A stretch of DNA of 64,000 bases from positions 5,312,001 through 5,376,000 of the forward strand of contig OY759599.1 in NCBI GenBank assembly GCA_963662465.1, given 5' to 3'. Origin of the DNA: Desulfatiglandales bacterium. GTDB taxonomy: Bacteria; Desulfobacterota; DSM-4660; Desulfatiglandales; Desulfatiglandaceae. This document shows, in pieces, positions 23,573 through 35,738 of this stretch; positions within the stretch are counted from its first letter, which is position 1, and each line of letters opens with the position of its first letter. A program made the translations under genes and the position numbers. The notes below the pieces were generated by a model. The model was not told the origin of the DNA. It saw only the letters and a program-made list of their open reading frames with translations, and searched no databases.

Positions 23573-24898
23573 ATGTTTGACAGCTTATCTGAAAAATTAA
23601 ACCGCGTTTTCAAAAAACTGAAAGGGCGGGGAAGGCTCACTGAAGCCAATATTCAGGAAGCCTTGAAGGAAGTACGGCTGGCGCTCCTGGAGGCGGATGT
23701 CAACTACAAAGTCGTTAAAAAATTGATTGAAGATATTCGGGAACGCGCCGTCGGGCAGGATGTTCTTGAAAGCCTGACGCCCGGTCAGCAGATTATCAAA
23801 ATCGTCAACCAGGAACTGTCCCGGCTTATGGGTGAATCCCATAAAGGGCTTGAACTCATAGGAGAAAGTCCGTATTCGTTGATGCTGGTGGGCCTGCAGG
23901 GCTCCGGTAAAACCACCACCGCCGCAAAACTGGCAAGGCACTTGCGAAAACAGGGAAGACATCCTCTCCTGGTGCCGGCGGATATCTATAGACCGGCCGC
24001 CGTAGACCAGCTCAAAAAGCTGGGGTTGCAGATCGATGTTCCGGTTTATCCGACGGAAGAAGGACAAACACCCGAACAGATATGCCTGGATGCAATGGCT
24101 AAGGCCAGGGCGCAAGAGGCGGACGTTTTGATTCTCGATACGGCGGGACGTCTTCATGTAGATGAAGCCTTGATGGGTGAACTGGTCGCCATCAAAGAAC
24201 AGATTAATCCCACTGAAATCCTTTTGGTAGCGGACGCCATGACCGGTCAAGATGCGGTCAATGTAGCCAAACATTTCAACGAAGCGCTGAATATCAGCGG
24301 TGTCATATTATCCAAAATGGAGGGTGACGCCAGGGGTGGAGCGGCGTTATCCATCAAGGCGGTGACCGGGAAACCGATCAAATTTGTAGGAGTTGGGGAA
24401 AAAATAAGCGCCTTGGAGCCCTTTCATCCCGACAGGATGGCCTCCCAGATTCTGGGGATGGGCGACGTCCTTTCCCTCATCGAAAGAGCGGAAGCCCAAT
24501 TCGATGAAAAAGAAGCGAAAAAGCTGGAGAAAAAGCTCAAAAAAAACGAATTTGATCTAGAAGACTTTCGATCTCAATTGAAACAAATGAAAAAACTGGG
24601 ATCCCTTGAAGATATCTTAGGGATGCTTCCCGGCATGGGCAAACTGAAAAAACTGAAAAACCTCAAACCCGATGAAAAGGAACTGGTCAAAGTCGAGGCG
24701 ATGATTAATTCCATGACCCGCGAAGAACGCCGTCGCTTTAAGATCATCAACGGCAGCAGAAAACGCCGCATTGCAATGGGCAGCGGCACCAAAGTTCAGG
24801 ACGTCAACCGTTTGCTGAAAAATTTTGCGCAAACCAAAAAAATGATGGAACAATTTACCAAAAAAGGTGGGCTGAACATGCCGTCCCTCTTTGGATAA
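23573..24898 (+). CDS. ffh: signal recognition particle protein
   Basis: GLQGSGKTT, DTAGR, M domain. Confidence 0.97.
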   Translation: MFDSLSEKLNRVFKKLKGRGRLTEANIQEALKEVRLALLEADVNYKVVKKLIEDIRERAVGQDVLESLTPGQQIIKIVNQELSRLMGESHKGLELIGESPYSLMLVGLQGSGKTTTAAKLARHLRKQGRHPLLVPADIYRPAAVDQLKKLGLQIDVPVYPTEEGQTPEQICLDAMAKARAQEADVLILDTAGRLHVDEALMGELVAIKEQINPTEILLVADAMTGQDAVNVAKHFNEALNISGVILSKMEGDARGGAALSIKAVTGKPIKFVGVGEKISALEPFHPDRMASQILGMGDVLSLIERAEAQFDEKEAKKLEKKLKKNEFDLEDFRSQLKQMKKLGSLEDILGMLPGMGKLKKLKNLKPDEKELVKVEAMINSMTREERRRFKIINGSRKRRIAMGSGTKVQDVNRLLKNFAQTKKMMEQFTKKGGLNMPSLFG

Positions 24899-24926
24899 GA
24901 GATACGTTAATGTTGTCCGCAAACAA

Positions 24927-24944
24927 ATCCCGCCATGGCGGGAT
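24927..24944. other. perfect 18-bp palindrome between ffh and rpsP
   Basis: ATCCCGCCATGGCGGGAT. Confidence 0.6.
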
Positions 24945-24976
24945 AACCATTACACTTGAGGGGGTGGTAAAGGAAA

Positions 24977-25240
24977 ATGGCCGTTAGAATTCGATTGGCA
25001 AGGATGGGAGCAAAGAAAAAACCGTTTTATCGGTTGGTGGCAGCTGATTCACAGTCACCGCGAGATGGCAGGTTTCTCGAAATCCTGGGGTATTATGATC
25101 CCATGAAAGAACCCGCGGTAGTAAAAATCCATGAAAACAAAGTTCAGTACTGGCTTGAAAAAGGAGCGAAGCTTTCAGAGGCCGCCAGGGCCCTGATAAA
25201 ACGGGAAGAAACGATTAAACCTTCTTCCGTAGCAGCCTAA
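24977..25240 (+). CDS. rpsP: 30S ribosomal protein S16
   Basis: [19 protein letters not shown]. Confidence 0.97.
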   Translation: MAVRIRLARMGAKKKPFYRLVAADSQSPRDGRFLEILGYYDPMKEPAVVKIHENKVQYWLEKGAKLSEAARALIKREETIKPSSVAA

Positions 25241-25286
25241 AATTAAATATCGCATTTCTGTGTATTCCAATGGGAGGTGAATCGAG

Positions 25287-25517
25287 ATGAAGGAGCTAGT
25301 TTCATACATTGCGAAAGCGCTGGTTGATAAGCCGGAAGATGTGGTCGTCACAGAAATCGAAGGGGAACAGACATCGGTTCTTGAACTGAAGGTCGCCAAA
25401 GAAGATTTAGGCAAAGTCATTGGAAAGCAGGGGCGCACGGCACGGGCCATGAGAACAATTCTCAGTGCCGCCTCCACAAAAATTAATAAACGATCCGTAT
25501 TGGAGATTATTGAATAG
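25287..25517 (+). CDS. khpA: KH domain RNA-binding protein
   Basis: [17 protein letters not shown]; conserved position after rpsP. Confidence 0.92.
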   Translation: MKELVSYIAKALVDKPEDVVVTEIEGEQTSVLELKVAKEDLGKVIGKQGRTARAMRTILSAASTKINKRSVLEIIE

Positions 25518-25519
25518 TT

Positions 25520-26053
25520 TTGGGCTCAGGCTTGCCTGATAATTGGATCTTCTTTGGGAAGGTCCTTCGGCCTCATGGCTTGGAGGGTCTTCTCAGGGTA
25601 CGGTCTTTTTCGCAATCGGAAGTCGCCCTATTAAACGCCGAGACGGTTTGTTTCAAACTCGGAACAGGAGAAATCCGGCATTGCGGCGTCCTTTCCGCAA
25701 AACCCCACAAAAATTTTTTCCTGGTAAAGTTGGCGGGATTAACCAGCATAAACCAGGCGGAAACTTTTAGGGGAGCGGATGTTTATGTCCCCAAGGACGC
25801 CTTGGTTCGAGAAGAGGGGGAATATTTCTGGTTTGAACTTGTGGGGATCGAGGTTTTTTCCGATGCCCATGGATTCCTGGGTATCATCTCGCAAATTATC
25901 CCTGGGGGAAATACCGACATCTACGTGGTTAAACATGGGGCACGGGAGATTTTGATACCGGCTGTTCGCGAGGTGGTCAAAGAGATTAATTTGAAAACCG
26001 GGAAAATGATTATCTCGGCCATGGAAGGGTTGTTGAATTTAAATGAAGTTTGA
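25520..26053 (+). CDS. rimM: ribosome maturation factor RimM
   Basis: GKVLRPHGLEG, EGEYFWFELVG; synteny. Confidence 0.93.
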   Translation: MGSGLPDNWIFFGKVLRPHGLEGLLRVRSFSQSEVALLNAETVCFKLGTGEIRHCGVLSAKPHKNFFLVKLAGLTSINQAETFRGADVYVPKDALVREEGEYFWFELVGIEVFSDAHGFLGIISQIIPGGNTDIYVVKHGAREILIPAVREVVKEINLKTGKMIISAMEGLLNLNEV

Positions 26054-26765
26054 TGTTCTCACCTTGTTCCCGGACATGTTTACCTCCTATTTACGGGAAG
26101 GTATTCTAGGGCGCGCCATTCAAAGGGGCCTCGTGGAAGTAGGGTTGCGGAACATCCGTGATTTTGCCATGGGGCCTCACCGAATCGTTGACGACCGCCC
26201 ATACGGTGGGGGTGAGGGGATGGTTATGAAAGCGGGACCGATTTCTCGCGCTCTGAAATCCGTCCCACGTTTGGAAAAGCAAGGTCCGGTGGTGCTTTTT
26301 TCGCCTCAAGGCGAAACCTTCACCCAGAACATGGCCTGGGAGATGTCTGAGTGGGAACAATTGATTTTTGTCTGCGGTCGATACGAAGGTGTGGATGAAC
26401 GGATACGGTTAACCTGCGTCGACATGGAATTATCCATCGGAGATTATGTCTTGAATGGCGGCGAACTGGCTGCCATGGTAGTTATTGAGGCTGTAAGCCG
26501 CTTGATTCCGGACGTCTTGGGAGGAGAACGATCAAATCAGGAAGACTCTTTTGAAAACGGTCTTCTGGAATATCCCCATTATACCAGGCCGAGAGTATTT
26601 CAGGACCTTGAGGTTCCACCGGTGCTTTTATCCGGCGACCATGAGAAGATTAGATTGTGGCGAAAAAAGCAATCGCTTAAAAGGACACTGGCACGAAGGC
26701 CGGACCTGCTTCAGAAGGCTGAATTATCTCCTGAAGATAAAGCGATCCTGGAAGAATTGTCGTAA
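26043..26765 (+). CDS. trmD: tRNA (guanine-N1)-methyltransferase
   Basis: DDRPYGGG, CGRYEGVDER, SIGDYVL. Confidence 0.97.
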   Translation: MKFDVLTLFPDMFTSYLREGILGRAIQRGLVEVGLRNIRDFAMGPHRIVDDRPYGGGEGMVMKAGPISRALKSVPRLEKQGPVVLFSPQGETFTQNMAWEMSEWEQLIFVCGRYEGVDERIRLTCVDMELSIGDYVLNGGELAAMVVIEAVSRLIPDVLGGERSNQEDSFENGLLEYPHYTRPRVFQDLEVPPVLLSGDHEKIRLWRKKQSLKRTLARRPDLLQKAELSPEDKAILEELS

Positions 26766-26771
26766 AGGGGT

Positions 26772-27332
26772 GTGATGCGTCTCTATGTTGGGCTTGTCCA
26801 CTTTCCCGTTTACAACAAGCATGAGGAGACCATTTGCTCGGCCATAACGCCCATGGATATCCACGATTTTGCCCGACTGGGAAAGACCTACGGGGTCAAG
26901 GGTTTTTTCGTCATTACACCCCTTGAAGACCAGCAAGCCCTGACAAATCGGATTATGCGGCACTGGATTTCCGGGTATGGCGCTCAATATAACTACCACA
27001 GGAAACAAGCCATTAGCCTGGTTAGCGTAACGCCATCATTGGACATGGCCGTTATTAAAGTGAAGGAACAAGAAGGGGAAACGCCCACGCTCATTGCAAC
27101 GGATGCGGTGAAACACTATCGCGGCATTTCTTATCAATCGGCGCGGGCTTTTATTGCATCGGATGAAGTCGTTTTCTTGTTGTTTGGAACGGCATGGGGA
27201 CTTCATAAAGACGTTTTGCATAAAGCCGACCACGTGCTGGAACCTGTTTTGGGAAAAGCGGAATATAATCATCTTTCCGTGAGGACGGCCGCGGCCATTA
27301 TCCTGGACCGGCTGGTGGGTGATCCAGCCTGA
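26772..27332 (+). CDS. SPOUT-class RNA methyltransferase (trmD-associated)
   Basis: LVHFPVYNK, FGTAWGL, YNHLSVR. Confidence 0.85.
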   Translation: MMRLYVGLVHFPVYNKHEETICSAITPMDIHDFARLGKTYGVKGFFVITPLEDQQALTNRIMRHWISGYGAQYNYHRKQAISLVSVTPSLDMAVIKVKEQEGETPTLIATDAVKHYRGISYQSARAFIASDEVVFLLFGTAWGLHKDVLHKADHVLEPVLGKAEYNHLSVRTAAAIILDRLVGDPA

Positions 27333-27423
27333 TAGAGAATCTTCAACTGCGATATTTTGGAAATCGCAGGTTACACAAAGAACGCGGAACCCTATATAAG
27401 GTCCCGTTACAGAGGAGAAAGAG

Positions 27424-27768
27424 ATGAACATTGTAGAAATGCTCGAGATGGAGCAGATGCGCGGCGACATCCCCGGTTTCAAGCCCGGAGATACGGTCAA
27501 AGTGCATGCCAGAATCAAAGAGGGCGAAAAAGAGAGGATACAGGTATTCCAAGGCGTTGTCATTCGGAAACGGAAAGGAACCACCGGCGCCACATTTACC
27601 GTCAGGAAAGTCTCTTACGGCATCGGCGTGGAGCGTATCTTTCCCCTTCACTCCCCCAATATTGACAAGGTTGAGGTGGTCACGAGAGGGAGAGTCAGAA
27701 GATCCAGACTTTATTATCTCAGGAATCTTCGCGGCAAGGCGGCAAGAATCAAGGAAAAGCGATTTTAA
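27424..27768 (+). CDS. rplS: 50S ribosomal protein L19
   Basis: [23 protein letters not shown]. Confidence 0.97.
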   Translation: MNIVEMLEMEQMRGDIPGFKPGDTVKVHARIKEGEKERIQVFQGVVIRKRKGTTGATFTVRKVSYGIGVERIFPLHSPNIDKVEVVTRGRVRRSRLYYLRNLRGKAARIKEKRF

Positions 27769-27828
27769 AGCCCTTTTGATGGCGCGGGGAATCAGAAAAA
27801 CCATAGTGTTCTCAAGAGACACCGGAAA

Positions 27829-28482
27829 ATGCGTCGGTCTGAAAATCTGAAACTGTTTCCAAACGATGCATGCCAATCCCCCGTGGATCCCTTTTACCAC
27901 GAAACGCGGGCACGAGGTTCCGGTTACAAGCTGATTGCCGGGGTTGATGAAGCGGGGCGGGGCCCTTTGGCCGGCCCCGTGGTGGCAGCTGCGGTTATTC
28001 TTCCCGAAGGTGTTCGGCTTTCGGGGGTTAAGGATTCAAAAAAAATGACGGCTCGCGCGAGATCCGAAGCGTTTGATGTAATCAAACGTGCGGCTCTCAC
28101 CTTCGCTATCGGCGTGGCATCGGTCTCGTATATTGAAAAGTTTAATATTTTACAGGCGTCGCTGGAAGCGATGGCGCGCGCTATCAAGGCACTTGACCCA
28201 CAGCCGGAAATTATTCTTGTTGACGGCATTCACGCTGTTCCCATCCCCATTACGCAGGAATGTTTAAAAAAAGGCGATCAAATCAGCCGAAGCATCTCGG
28301 CAGCGTCCGTACTCGCCAAAGTGTATCGGGACAGGATCATGGTTTGCAGCCATGGCATTTATCCTGACTACGGTTTTGACAAACATAAGGGGTATGGAAC
28401 CCGTCAACATCTGGAGGCACTAAGACAATATGGCCCATGTCCAATTCACCGGTTGACGTTTAGAGGAGTACGAAAGATTTGA
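27829..28482 (+). CDS. rnhB: ribonuclease HII
   Basis: AGVDEAGRGPLAGPV, DSKK, HKGYGT. Confidence 0.96.
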   Translation: MRRSENLKLFPNDACQSPVDPFYHETRARGSGYKLIAGVDEAGRGPLAGPVVAAAVILPEGVRLSGVKDSKKMTARARSEAFDVIKRAALTFAIGVASVSYIEKFNILQASLEAMARAIKALDPQPEIILVDGIHAVPIPITQECLKKGDQISRSISAASVLAKVYRDRIMVCSHGIYPDYGFDKHKGYGTRQHLEALRQYGPCPIHRLTFRGVRKI

Positions 28483-28850
28483 CCAGAGAGAGACTTGAAC
28501 TGGGAGAACGGGGAGAGGCGCTGGCCTTTAACAAAATCAAGCGCCTGGGGTACAAAAAAATTGTCAAGAATTACCGATGTCCGCTTGGCGAGGTCGATCT
28601 GGTGGCAAAGGATGGGGATACCCTGGTATTCATTGAGATCAAAACCAGAAGAGGACGTCCGTTGGGTTATGCAAAGGAAGCCGTAAACGCCAGAAAACAA
28701 AAACAGATCTCCAAGGTGGCCCTGGCCTACATGAAGGCCAACAATTGCTGCGACGTCAGCGCCCGGTTTGACGTGGTAGCGGTTTCCCTGGGCAGCGGAC
28801 CCCCTCAAATTGAGGTGATCCAAAACGCTTTTGACCTGGCCTATGGATAA
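28479..28850 (+). CDS. yraN: YraN family nuclease
   Basis: GERGE, GEVDLV, FIEIKTR, RFDVV. Confidence 0.92.
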   Translation: MTRERLELGERGEALAFNKIKRLGYKKIVKNYRCPLGEVDLVAKDGDTLVFIEIKTRRGRPLGYAKEAVNARKQKQISKVALAYMKANNCCDVSARFDVVAVSLGSGPPQIEVIQNAFDLAYG

Positions 28851-28852
28851 AA

Positions 28853-29722
28853 ATGACATCTCAGGATCAAAAACGGGGGAACCTGTACGTGGTTGCAACG
28901 CCCATCGGCAACCTTGAAGACATCACCCTCAGGGCCTTGCGGATCTTAAAGGAAGTTGACCTGATCGCGGCTGAAAATGGGTCCCACACCAGGCGTCTCT
29001 GCGAACACTACGGCATCAAGACAAAGGTAACGACCTATAACCAGCATTCCCGGAAAGGCGCGACCGAACGGCTCATTGGGCAACTGGAAACCGGGATGGA
29101 AATAGCCCTTGTTTCCGATGCGGGGACCCCAGGCATTTCGGATCCGGGCATCATGCTCATTGCGGGCGCCATTGAACGGGAAATTCACATCACACCCATC
29201 CCGGGTCCATGCGCCGCCGTGGCGGCGCTATCCGTTTGCGGGGTTTCGACGGCGGGTTTCTGTTTCCTGGGGTTTTTGTCAAACCGCCCCGGAAAAAGAA
29301 AAAATGAGTTGACTGCTTTGGCTTCTGAAACACGCACCATGGTCTTTTATGAGTCTCCCCACAGAATCAGGGCAACACTTTCGGATATGGCGTTCGCCTT
29401 CGGCGCCAGGCAAATGGTCATGCTTCGGGAGATCACTAAGATATTCGAAGAAATACAACGTGGAACGGCGGCACAACTGCTGGAAATTTTGACGCCGGAA
29501 AAAACCAGAGGAGAATTTACGCTGGTGGTTTCAGGTGAAGCCGATAAAAAAAAATCAGATGATTTAAACGAGAGTACATTACGCGGCATTGAGGCGCTTC
29601 TAAACGAGAAAACAATGAGTGTCAAAGATATTGCAGCCTTCATTGCTGAAAAAGAAAACCTTGCTTACCGAAAAGTCTATAAAGAATGCCTTGCCCAAAA
29701 ACGGCTGTTAAAGGATTCATGA
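28853..29722 (+). CDS. rsmI: 16S rRNA C1402 2'-O-methyltransferase
   Basis: VATPIGNLEDIT, SDAGTPGISDPG, YESPHR. Confidence 0.96.
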   Translation: MTSQDQKRGNLYVVATPIGNLEDITLRALRILKEVDLIAAENGSHTRRLCEHYGIKTKVTTYNQHSRKGATERLIGQLETGMEIALVSDAGTPGISDPGIMLIAGAIEREIHITPIPGPCAAVAALSVCGVSTAGFCFLGFLSNRPGKRKNELTALASETRTMVFYESPHRIRATLSDMAFAFGARQMVMLREITKIFEEIQRGTAAQLLEILTPEKTRGEFTLVVSGEADKKKSDDLNESTLRGIEALLNEKTMSVKDIAAFIAEKENLAYRKVYKECLAQKRLLKDS

Positions 29723-29725
29723 ACA

Positions 29726-29998
29726 ATGGAAATGGTCAGGAGTCTAAAGATCCGAAATACGCTGGGGCTTCATGCGCGCGCCGCGGCGAAGATAGTAGCA
29801 TTAGCCAACCAATATGAATCCACGTTGTTTCTCAAAAAGGATGGACACCAGGTGGAGGGGTCCAACATTCTTTCCATCCTGACCTTGGCCTGTCCAAAAG
29901 GCACGGAGATGGAAGTTCGAATCATTGGAGAAGACTCGGAGCGTTTCATGGCGGAACTGGACGATCTGTTTGAAGGAAAATTCGGGGAGAACAAATGA
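29726..29998 (+). CDS. ptsH: phosphocarrier protein HPr
   Basis: GLHARAA (His15). Confidence 0.92.
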   Translation: MEMVRSLKIRNTLGLHARAAAKIVALANQYESTLFLKKDGHQVEGSNILSILTLACPKGTEMEVRIIGEDSERFMAELDDLFEGKFGENK

Positions 29999-31773
29999 GC
30001 GACGACGCAGTTGCCGGTGAAAAATCTTTAAAGGGCATAGCCGTTTATCCAGGCATCGTCATCGGCAAAGCCCACCTGGTAGACAGAAGCAAAGTCAAAA
30101 TTCTCTATCAGTATCTGGTGAACACGGAGCATCTGAACGAAGAGGTGGAACGTTTTAAAGAGGCCCTTCGAGTGGTTGAAAACGAAATGCAGTCACTCAA
30201 AAATGGAATGGCGGAGAAAGTCAATGACCTCTCCTTTATTCTGGACAGCCATTTGATGATCCTCAAAGACAGTATGCTGCGGGATTCCACCATTCATACG
30301 ATCCAAAACGAGAAGATCAATGCCGAGTGGGCACTAAAAAAATCCTTAGGAAAAATCCGCAAGGTTTTCAGCCAGATTGATGATGAATACATCAGCACCC
30401 GCATCAGTGATGTGGAAAATGTCACGGAGAGAATTCAGAGAACCCTCTGCGGCAAGGCACAACAGAGCCTGGCTGAAATCGACAGAAGGGTCATCATCGT
30501 CGCCCATGACCTATCCCCAGCGGACACCACGGAACTGAACATCGGAAAAGTCATGGGCTTTATCACCGATGTAGGCGGCAGAACCTCCCATACGGCCATT
30601 ATGGCGCAGGCCCTGGAAATTCCAGCTGTTGTGGGCCTGGAGACAGCGACCCATCTAGTGGCGGATGGCGATCTCCTGATCGTGGACGGCAGCACCGGGG
30701 TGGTCGTCGTCAACCCCGATGACAGCGCCATCATTTATTACCAGGAGAAAAAACTTCAGCTGGAAGACTACCGATCGAGCATCGCCAGAGAGAGTCACCT
30801 TCCGGCCCTGACCCCTGACGGTCGACGGATATCCATCACGGCCAACATTGAATTCCTGGAAGAAGTAACGGCAGTGAGGGATTACGGGGGAGAGGGCATC
30901 GGCCTTTATCGGACGGAGTTTTTATACTTGAGATCCAGAGGTTTTCCGAAAGAAGAAGAGCTGTTTGAGGACTACCGTGAGGTGGCGGAACTCATGGCCC
31001 CTGATCCGGTGAACATTCGAACTTTGGATATCGGCGGCGATAAATTCGTATCGGAGCTTGAGATCACAAAGGAGATGAACCCGGCGCTGGGGCTCCGGGC
31101 CATACGGTTTTGCCTCAAGCAACCTGAAATATTCAAGACACAGCTTCGGGCCATTCTCAGGGCAAGTGTTTACGGCAATATTCGGTTGCTCTTCCCCATG
31201 ATATCCGGTTTGCGGGAACTTCTGGATGCAAAGGACATCCTAGCGCAGGTCAAAACGGATATGGACCGCGAACACATCCCCTATAATGACAAAATTGAAG
31301 TCGGCATCATGGTAGAAATTCCATCGGCCGTGGTTATGGCGGAAGTACTGGCCCGTTATGTGGATTTTTTCAGTATCGGGACTAACGATCTAATTCAGTA
31401 TACACTGGCCATTGACAGGGTCAATGAACACGTGGCACACATGTATCAGCCGTTTGATCCCGCTATTCTAAGAATGATTGGAACTGTGGCGGAAGCGGCC
31501 AAAAATGAGGGCATTCATGTCACCCTGTGCGGCGAAATGGCAGGCGATCCCCTTTGCGTTCCAATCCTTTTGGGACTCGGCCTTGACGGGCTCAGCATGA
31601 ATGCCAGGTCCATACCACTGATCAAAAAAATCGTGCGGGCTATGCCCATGACCCAGGCCCGGGATGACCTGAAGGAAATCATGCGTCTAAATACGGCCGA
31701 TGCGGTGCAGCAGTACCTTTTTAAACGCACCGGCGGAATGTTTCCCGAGTTAAGGGAAAAGGGGTACCTGTAG
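29995..31773 (+). CDS. ptsI: PEP-protein phosphotransferase (enzyme I)
   Basis: [29 protein letters not shown]. Confidence 0.95.
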   Translation: MSDDAVAGEKSLKGIAVYPGIVIGKAHLVDRSKVKILYQYLVNTEHLNEEVERFKEALRVVENEMQSLKNGMAEKVNDLSFILDSHLMILKDSMLRDSTIHTIQNEKINAEWALKKSLGKIRKVFSQIDDEYISTRISDVENVTERIQRTLCGKAQQSLAEIDRRVIIVAHDLSPADTTELNIGKVMGFITDVGGRTSHTAIMAQALEIPAVVGLETATHLVADGDLLIVDGSTGVVVVNPDDSAIIYYQEKKLQLEDYRSSIARESHLPALTPDGRRISITANIEFLEEVTAVRDYGGEGIGLYRTEFLYLRSRGFPKEEELFEDYREVAELMAPDPVNIRTLDIGGDKFVSELEITKEMNPALGLRAIRFCLKQPEIFKTQLRAILRASVYGNIRLLFPMISGLRELLDAKDILAQVKTDMDREHIPYNDKIEVGIMVEIPSAVVMAEVLARYVDFFSIGTNDLIQYTLAIDRVNEHVAHMYQPFDPAILRMIGTVAEAAKNEGIHVTLCGEMAGDPLCVPILLGLGLDGLSMNARSIPLIKKIVRAMPMTQARDDLKEIMRLNTADAVQQYLFKRTGGMFPELREKGYL

Positions 31774-31786
31774 GGAGACTTTGCAT

Positions 31787-32233
31787 ATGAAAATCGTTTG
31801 TCAGAACAAAAAAGCGAGTCATGAATACTTCCTGGATGAATTCTTTGAAGCGGGCCTGGTGCTTATGGGCGCCGAGGTGAAATCCCTGAGGGAGGGAAGG
31901 GGCAACCTGGTGGATAGTTATGCCAGGATAAAGCAGGGAGAAGTTTTCCTCCATCATATGCACATCACCCCCTACCCTTTTGCCCACCACATGGAAATGG
32001 ACCCGGTACGAACGCGAAAGCTTCTCTTGAACAAGCGGGAAATCAAACGGTTGATCGGAAAAACCGAAGCAAAAGGCTATTCCCTGATTCCCACCAAGGT
32101 CTATTTTACACGGGGCAAAGCCAAAGTGGAAATTGCACTGGCAAAAGGCAAGAAAAAATACGATAAAAGACAGGCGCTGAAAGAAAAAGAGTTAAAACGG
32201 GACATAGCGCAGGCACATAAGGAACAACGCTGA
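31787..32233 (+). CDS. smpB: SsrA-binding protein
   Basis: [37 protein letters not shown]. Confidence 0.96.
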   Translation: MKIVCQNKKASHEYFLDEFFEAGLVLMGAEVKSLREGRGNLVDSYARIKQGEVFLHHMHITPYPFAHHMEMDPVRTRKLLLNKREIKRLIGKTEAKGYSLIPTKVYFTRGKAKVEIALAKGKKKYDKRQALKEKELKRDIAQAHKEQR

Positions 32234-32392
32234 AGGTTGTGAAAAACCTCACTTGACGACCGTTTTTTTTTGTGATAGGCAAGGATTCTCAAAAAAGTTT
32301 CGGGTCTATTTTAGATATGTGAACATTCACTTGGGAAGGATTTTGTTTCCAACCCATAAAAACATCATAACCATGAAGGAGGAATAATAAGA

Positions 32393-34156
32393 ATGGCTTA
32401 TAACGCGGTAGAAATGGCAGATTGGCAGATTTCCGAAGCTGCCGAAAAAAACATGCCGACACCTGATGAATGGCGGGAGAAGTTAGGCCTTAAGACCGAA
32501 GAAATGCTTCCGATGGGAAGACTGGCCAAGTTGGATTTTCTGAAAATCATCGATCGCCTCCAGGACCAGCCCGATGGCAAATACATTGAAGTTACAGCCA
32601 TTACCCCCACGCCTCTGGGCGAAGGCAAAAGCACCACCTCCTGCGGTCTGATGGAAGGTTTGGGAAAACGCGGCGTTAGCGTCGGCGGCGCTCTCCGACA
32701 GCCCTCCGGCGGCCCCACCATGAATGTCAAGGGAACTGCAGCCGGCGGCGGTAACTCACTCCTGATTCCCATGACCGAATTCTCACTAGGACTCACCGGC
32801 GACATCAATGACATCATGAACGCCCACAACTTGGCCATGGTGGCCATGACAAGCCGTATGCAGCACGAGCGCAACTACAACGACGAGCAGCTTCAACGTT
32901 TGACGGGCATGCGTCGCCTCGATATCGATCCCACCCGCGTGGAAATGGGCTGGATTATCGACTTCTGCGCCCAGTCGCTGCGAAACATCGTCATCGGTAT
33001 GGGCGGCCGCTTTGACGGCTTCACCATGCAGAGTAAGTTCGGCATCGCCGTGGGCTCCGAGTGTATGGCGATCCTGGCGGTTATCCGTGACCTGGCCGAT
33101 CTCAAAGAACGCCTCAACAACATTACCGTGGCCTTTGACAAGAGCGGCAAGCCGGTCACCACCGGCGATCTGGAAGTGGGCAACGCCATGACCGCTTTCA
33201 TGCGCAACACCATTAACCCGACCCTCATGTGTACCGCCGAGTACAATCCTTGCATGGTGCATGCCGGCCCCTTTGCCAATATCGCCGTGGGTCAGTCCTC
33301 CATCATTGCCGATCGCGTGGGTCTGAAATTGTTTGATTACCACGTCACGGAATCCGGATTCGCGGCCGACATCGGCTTTGAGAAATTCTGGAACGTTAAA
33401 TCCCGCTTCAGCGGTCTGAAACCCAACGTATCGGTTTTGACCTCTACCATCCGCGCCCTGAAAATGCACGGCGGCGGCCCCAAGGTTACCCCCGGCATCA
33501 AAATGGACGAAGTCTACACCAAAGAGAACCTGGAACTGGTGGAAAAAGGCTGCGAGAACATGGTCCACATGATCGGAGTTATCCGCAAAGCCGGCATTAA
33601 CCCGGTGGTCTGCATCAACCGCTTTTACACCGACACCGACGCTGAGTGCGCCATTGTCCGCAAGGCGGCCGAGGCTGCGGGCGCCCGATGCGCCGAATCC
33701 AAGCATTGGGAAAAGGGCGGGGACGGCGCGCTTGAGTTTGCCGATGCCGTTATCGATGCCTGTAATGAGGAAAACGATTTCAAATTCCTCTATCCGTTGG
33801 AGATGAAGCTGCGTGACCGCGTCGAAAAGATCGCCAAGGAAGTCTACGGCGCTGATGGCGTTTCCTGGACCCCCGAAGCCGAAGCCAAGGCCAAGATGCT
33901 GGAAGCCGATCCCAAGTACGCCGACTTTGCCACCATGATGGTCAAGAGCCACCTGAGCCTGTCCCACGATCCGACCGTCAAGGGCGTGCCCAAGGGCTGG
34001 ACCCTGCCCATTCGGGACGTGTTGATCTACTCCGGCGCCAAGTTCCTTTGTCCCTGCGCGGGCGCCATCAGCCTGATGCCCGGCACCGGTTCCAACCCCG
34101 CCTTCAGGCGGATTGACGTGGATACAACAACCGGAAAGGTGAGCGGCCTGTTCTAA
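32393..34156 (+). CDS. fhs: formate--tetrahydrofolate ligase
   Basis: [35 protein letters not shown]. Confidence 0.97.
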   Translation: MAYNAVEMADWQISEAAEKNMPTPDEWREKLGLKTEEMLPMGRLAKLDFLKIIDRLQDQPDGKYIEVTAITPTPLGEGKSTTSCGLMEGLGKRGVSVGGALRQPSGGPTMNVKGTAAGGGNSLLIPMTEFSLGLTGDINDIMNAHNLAMVAMTSRMQHERNYNDEQLQRLTGMRRLDIDPTRVEMGWIIDFCAQSLRNIVIGMGGRFDGFTMQSKFGIAVGSECMAILAVIRDLADLKERLNNITVAFDKSGKPVTTGDLEVGNAMTAFMRNTINPTLMCTAEYNPCMVHAGPFANIAVGQSSIIADRVGLKLFDYHVTESGFAADIGFEKFWNVKSRFSGLKPNVSVLTSTIRALKMHGGGPKVTPGIKMDEVYTKENLELVEKGCENMVHMIGVIRKAGINPVVCINRFYTDTDAECAIVRKAAEAAGARCAESKHWEKGGDGALEFADAVIDACNEENDFKFLYPLEMKLRDRVEKIAKEVYGADGVSWTPEAEAKAKMLEADPKYADFATMMVKSHLSLSHDPTVKGVPKGWTLPIRDVLIYSGAKFLCPCAGAISLMPGTGSNPAFRRIDVDTTTGKVSGLF

Positions 34157-34184
34157 TTAGAACGCGGTTCTATTATTAACCCCC

Positions 34185-34220
34185 AAAAAAAGGATGATCA
34201 TGTGATCATCCTTTTTTTTT
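34185..34220 (+). terminator. intrinsic (bidirectional) terminator after fhs
   Basis: A7-GGATGATCA-TG-TGATCATCC-T9. Confidence 0.85.
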
Positions 34221-34648
34221 GAATTGAGTTATTGACTTTCGGGCATAGCCCACTCACAAATCAAGATAATAACCCCATCCCCACAGGTATAGTTGAACTA
34301 ATTTTCCCCATACAAGGATCATTTTCAGTCCTTGAGTCCCATTGTGGGCTTTTTTTACCATTATTAAATAGGCCACCCAGTCAGCCGCATAAGTCTAAAT
34401 GTTGTGGGGTTGTATAACCCATCAAAATTAAAAGGCGTTTTCGGTAAACAAGAATGCATTATGAACATTCATAACTTGAATCCAAGGTAAGTCAAATGTT
34501 TGGCCGTTGGCTAATTCAAACAGGCTCCTAACAGCCCTCTGGCAAATTCAGCACAACTATCTGAATTTATGGACGATTTTAATGAACATTGTTAAATAGG
34601 TTTGCTAGATTAGAGTCCCAAAGATACCCTTAATTTGGGAGGCGAGCT

Positions 34649-35738
34649 ATGCAACTGGCTGAAAATGTTAAGAATGGCGATTTGACGCCGGTATTTGAAG
34701 ACGGGACCAAGCTAACTGCCGAGGGAAAGTTTGAATTATGGCGCCAAATCTATTTATACCCCAACGCACCGAGTCGGCAAATCTTGGAGGAAGCCAGCCA
34801 ACTCAATATCACCATCCGGCATTTGAATCGCCTCAGGAACTCATGGGGTATCAGCCGGACAAAGGGCCGTCCCAAGAAACCCATGGCAGAGCAGTCGTCA
34901 TCAGATGTGCCGGTTTCTATCAAACTCAATGCCAACTTATCGTTTATCGGGGTACACATTTTTGCCTGTTGGGTCGAGATGCAGGGTCTTTTCCCAACGG
35001 TCCTGGAACTTCTTAAGGAAGCCATCTCATTGCATATGGGAAACTACCCACAAGATTCTTTCCCTTTATTGAGCCACCAAGATGAAACTTTGTTGGCCCG
35101 TTTCAAGGCGCTTTTCTTTGCTCCGCTGTTCGGTGTCCAAAAATTGATCGAGTATGATGTCCGAGAACATGCTCTCGAAACCGTTATCGGCAGAAGCTAT
35201 CAAAGTTCCACCTTGAACCGGTTTTTGGGCCAATTGGAACGTATCGACGCCGCACCGGTACCCAAGAATGCTCTGATATCAGCAGATGAGAACGCTGGCA
35301 ACATCTGTTTCATCGATGGTCACATGATTCCTTTTTGGAGTCGGCTTTCGATGCACAAGGGCAAAATCACCATGCTGGGAAGAATTATGACCGGATCTCA
35401 GGCGATCGGGCCCATATTGAAACGGGTCATGGCTATTTACTTCGACTACCAACCACCTGACACGCGTCTTCCCAAGATGATTATCGAGTTTTGCGCTCAA
35501 ATCGTCACTTTGACGGGAATCGAAATTTTCGTCATCGATCGGGAGGTCAATTCGGAAGCCATTGCGCAAGAATTTGCCGAGAACGGATGGGGTCTTTTGT
35601 GCATGCTGGATAAAAGCGAATATAAAGACCTTTCCGATTGGGAGAGCGAGTATATTGGCGAGCTCACTGACGTAGCCGAAGTATATCAAGGCCACTGGAA
35701 ACCGGAAAAGAAGAAGAACGACGACACGAGGCATTTTG
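34649..35738 (+). pseudogene. DDE-type transposase truncated by the IS21-type element
   Basis: N-terminal HTH-like region, FIDGH and VIDRE acidic motifs; frame runs into the IS21 left end after DDTRHF. Confidence 0.7.

Noticed and set aside
32234..32392. tmRNA next to smpB, or a folate/ZTP riboswitch before fhs
   Set aside because: AT-rich 160-bp spacer with no recognisable conserved motifs or room for ssrA
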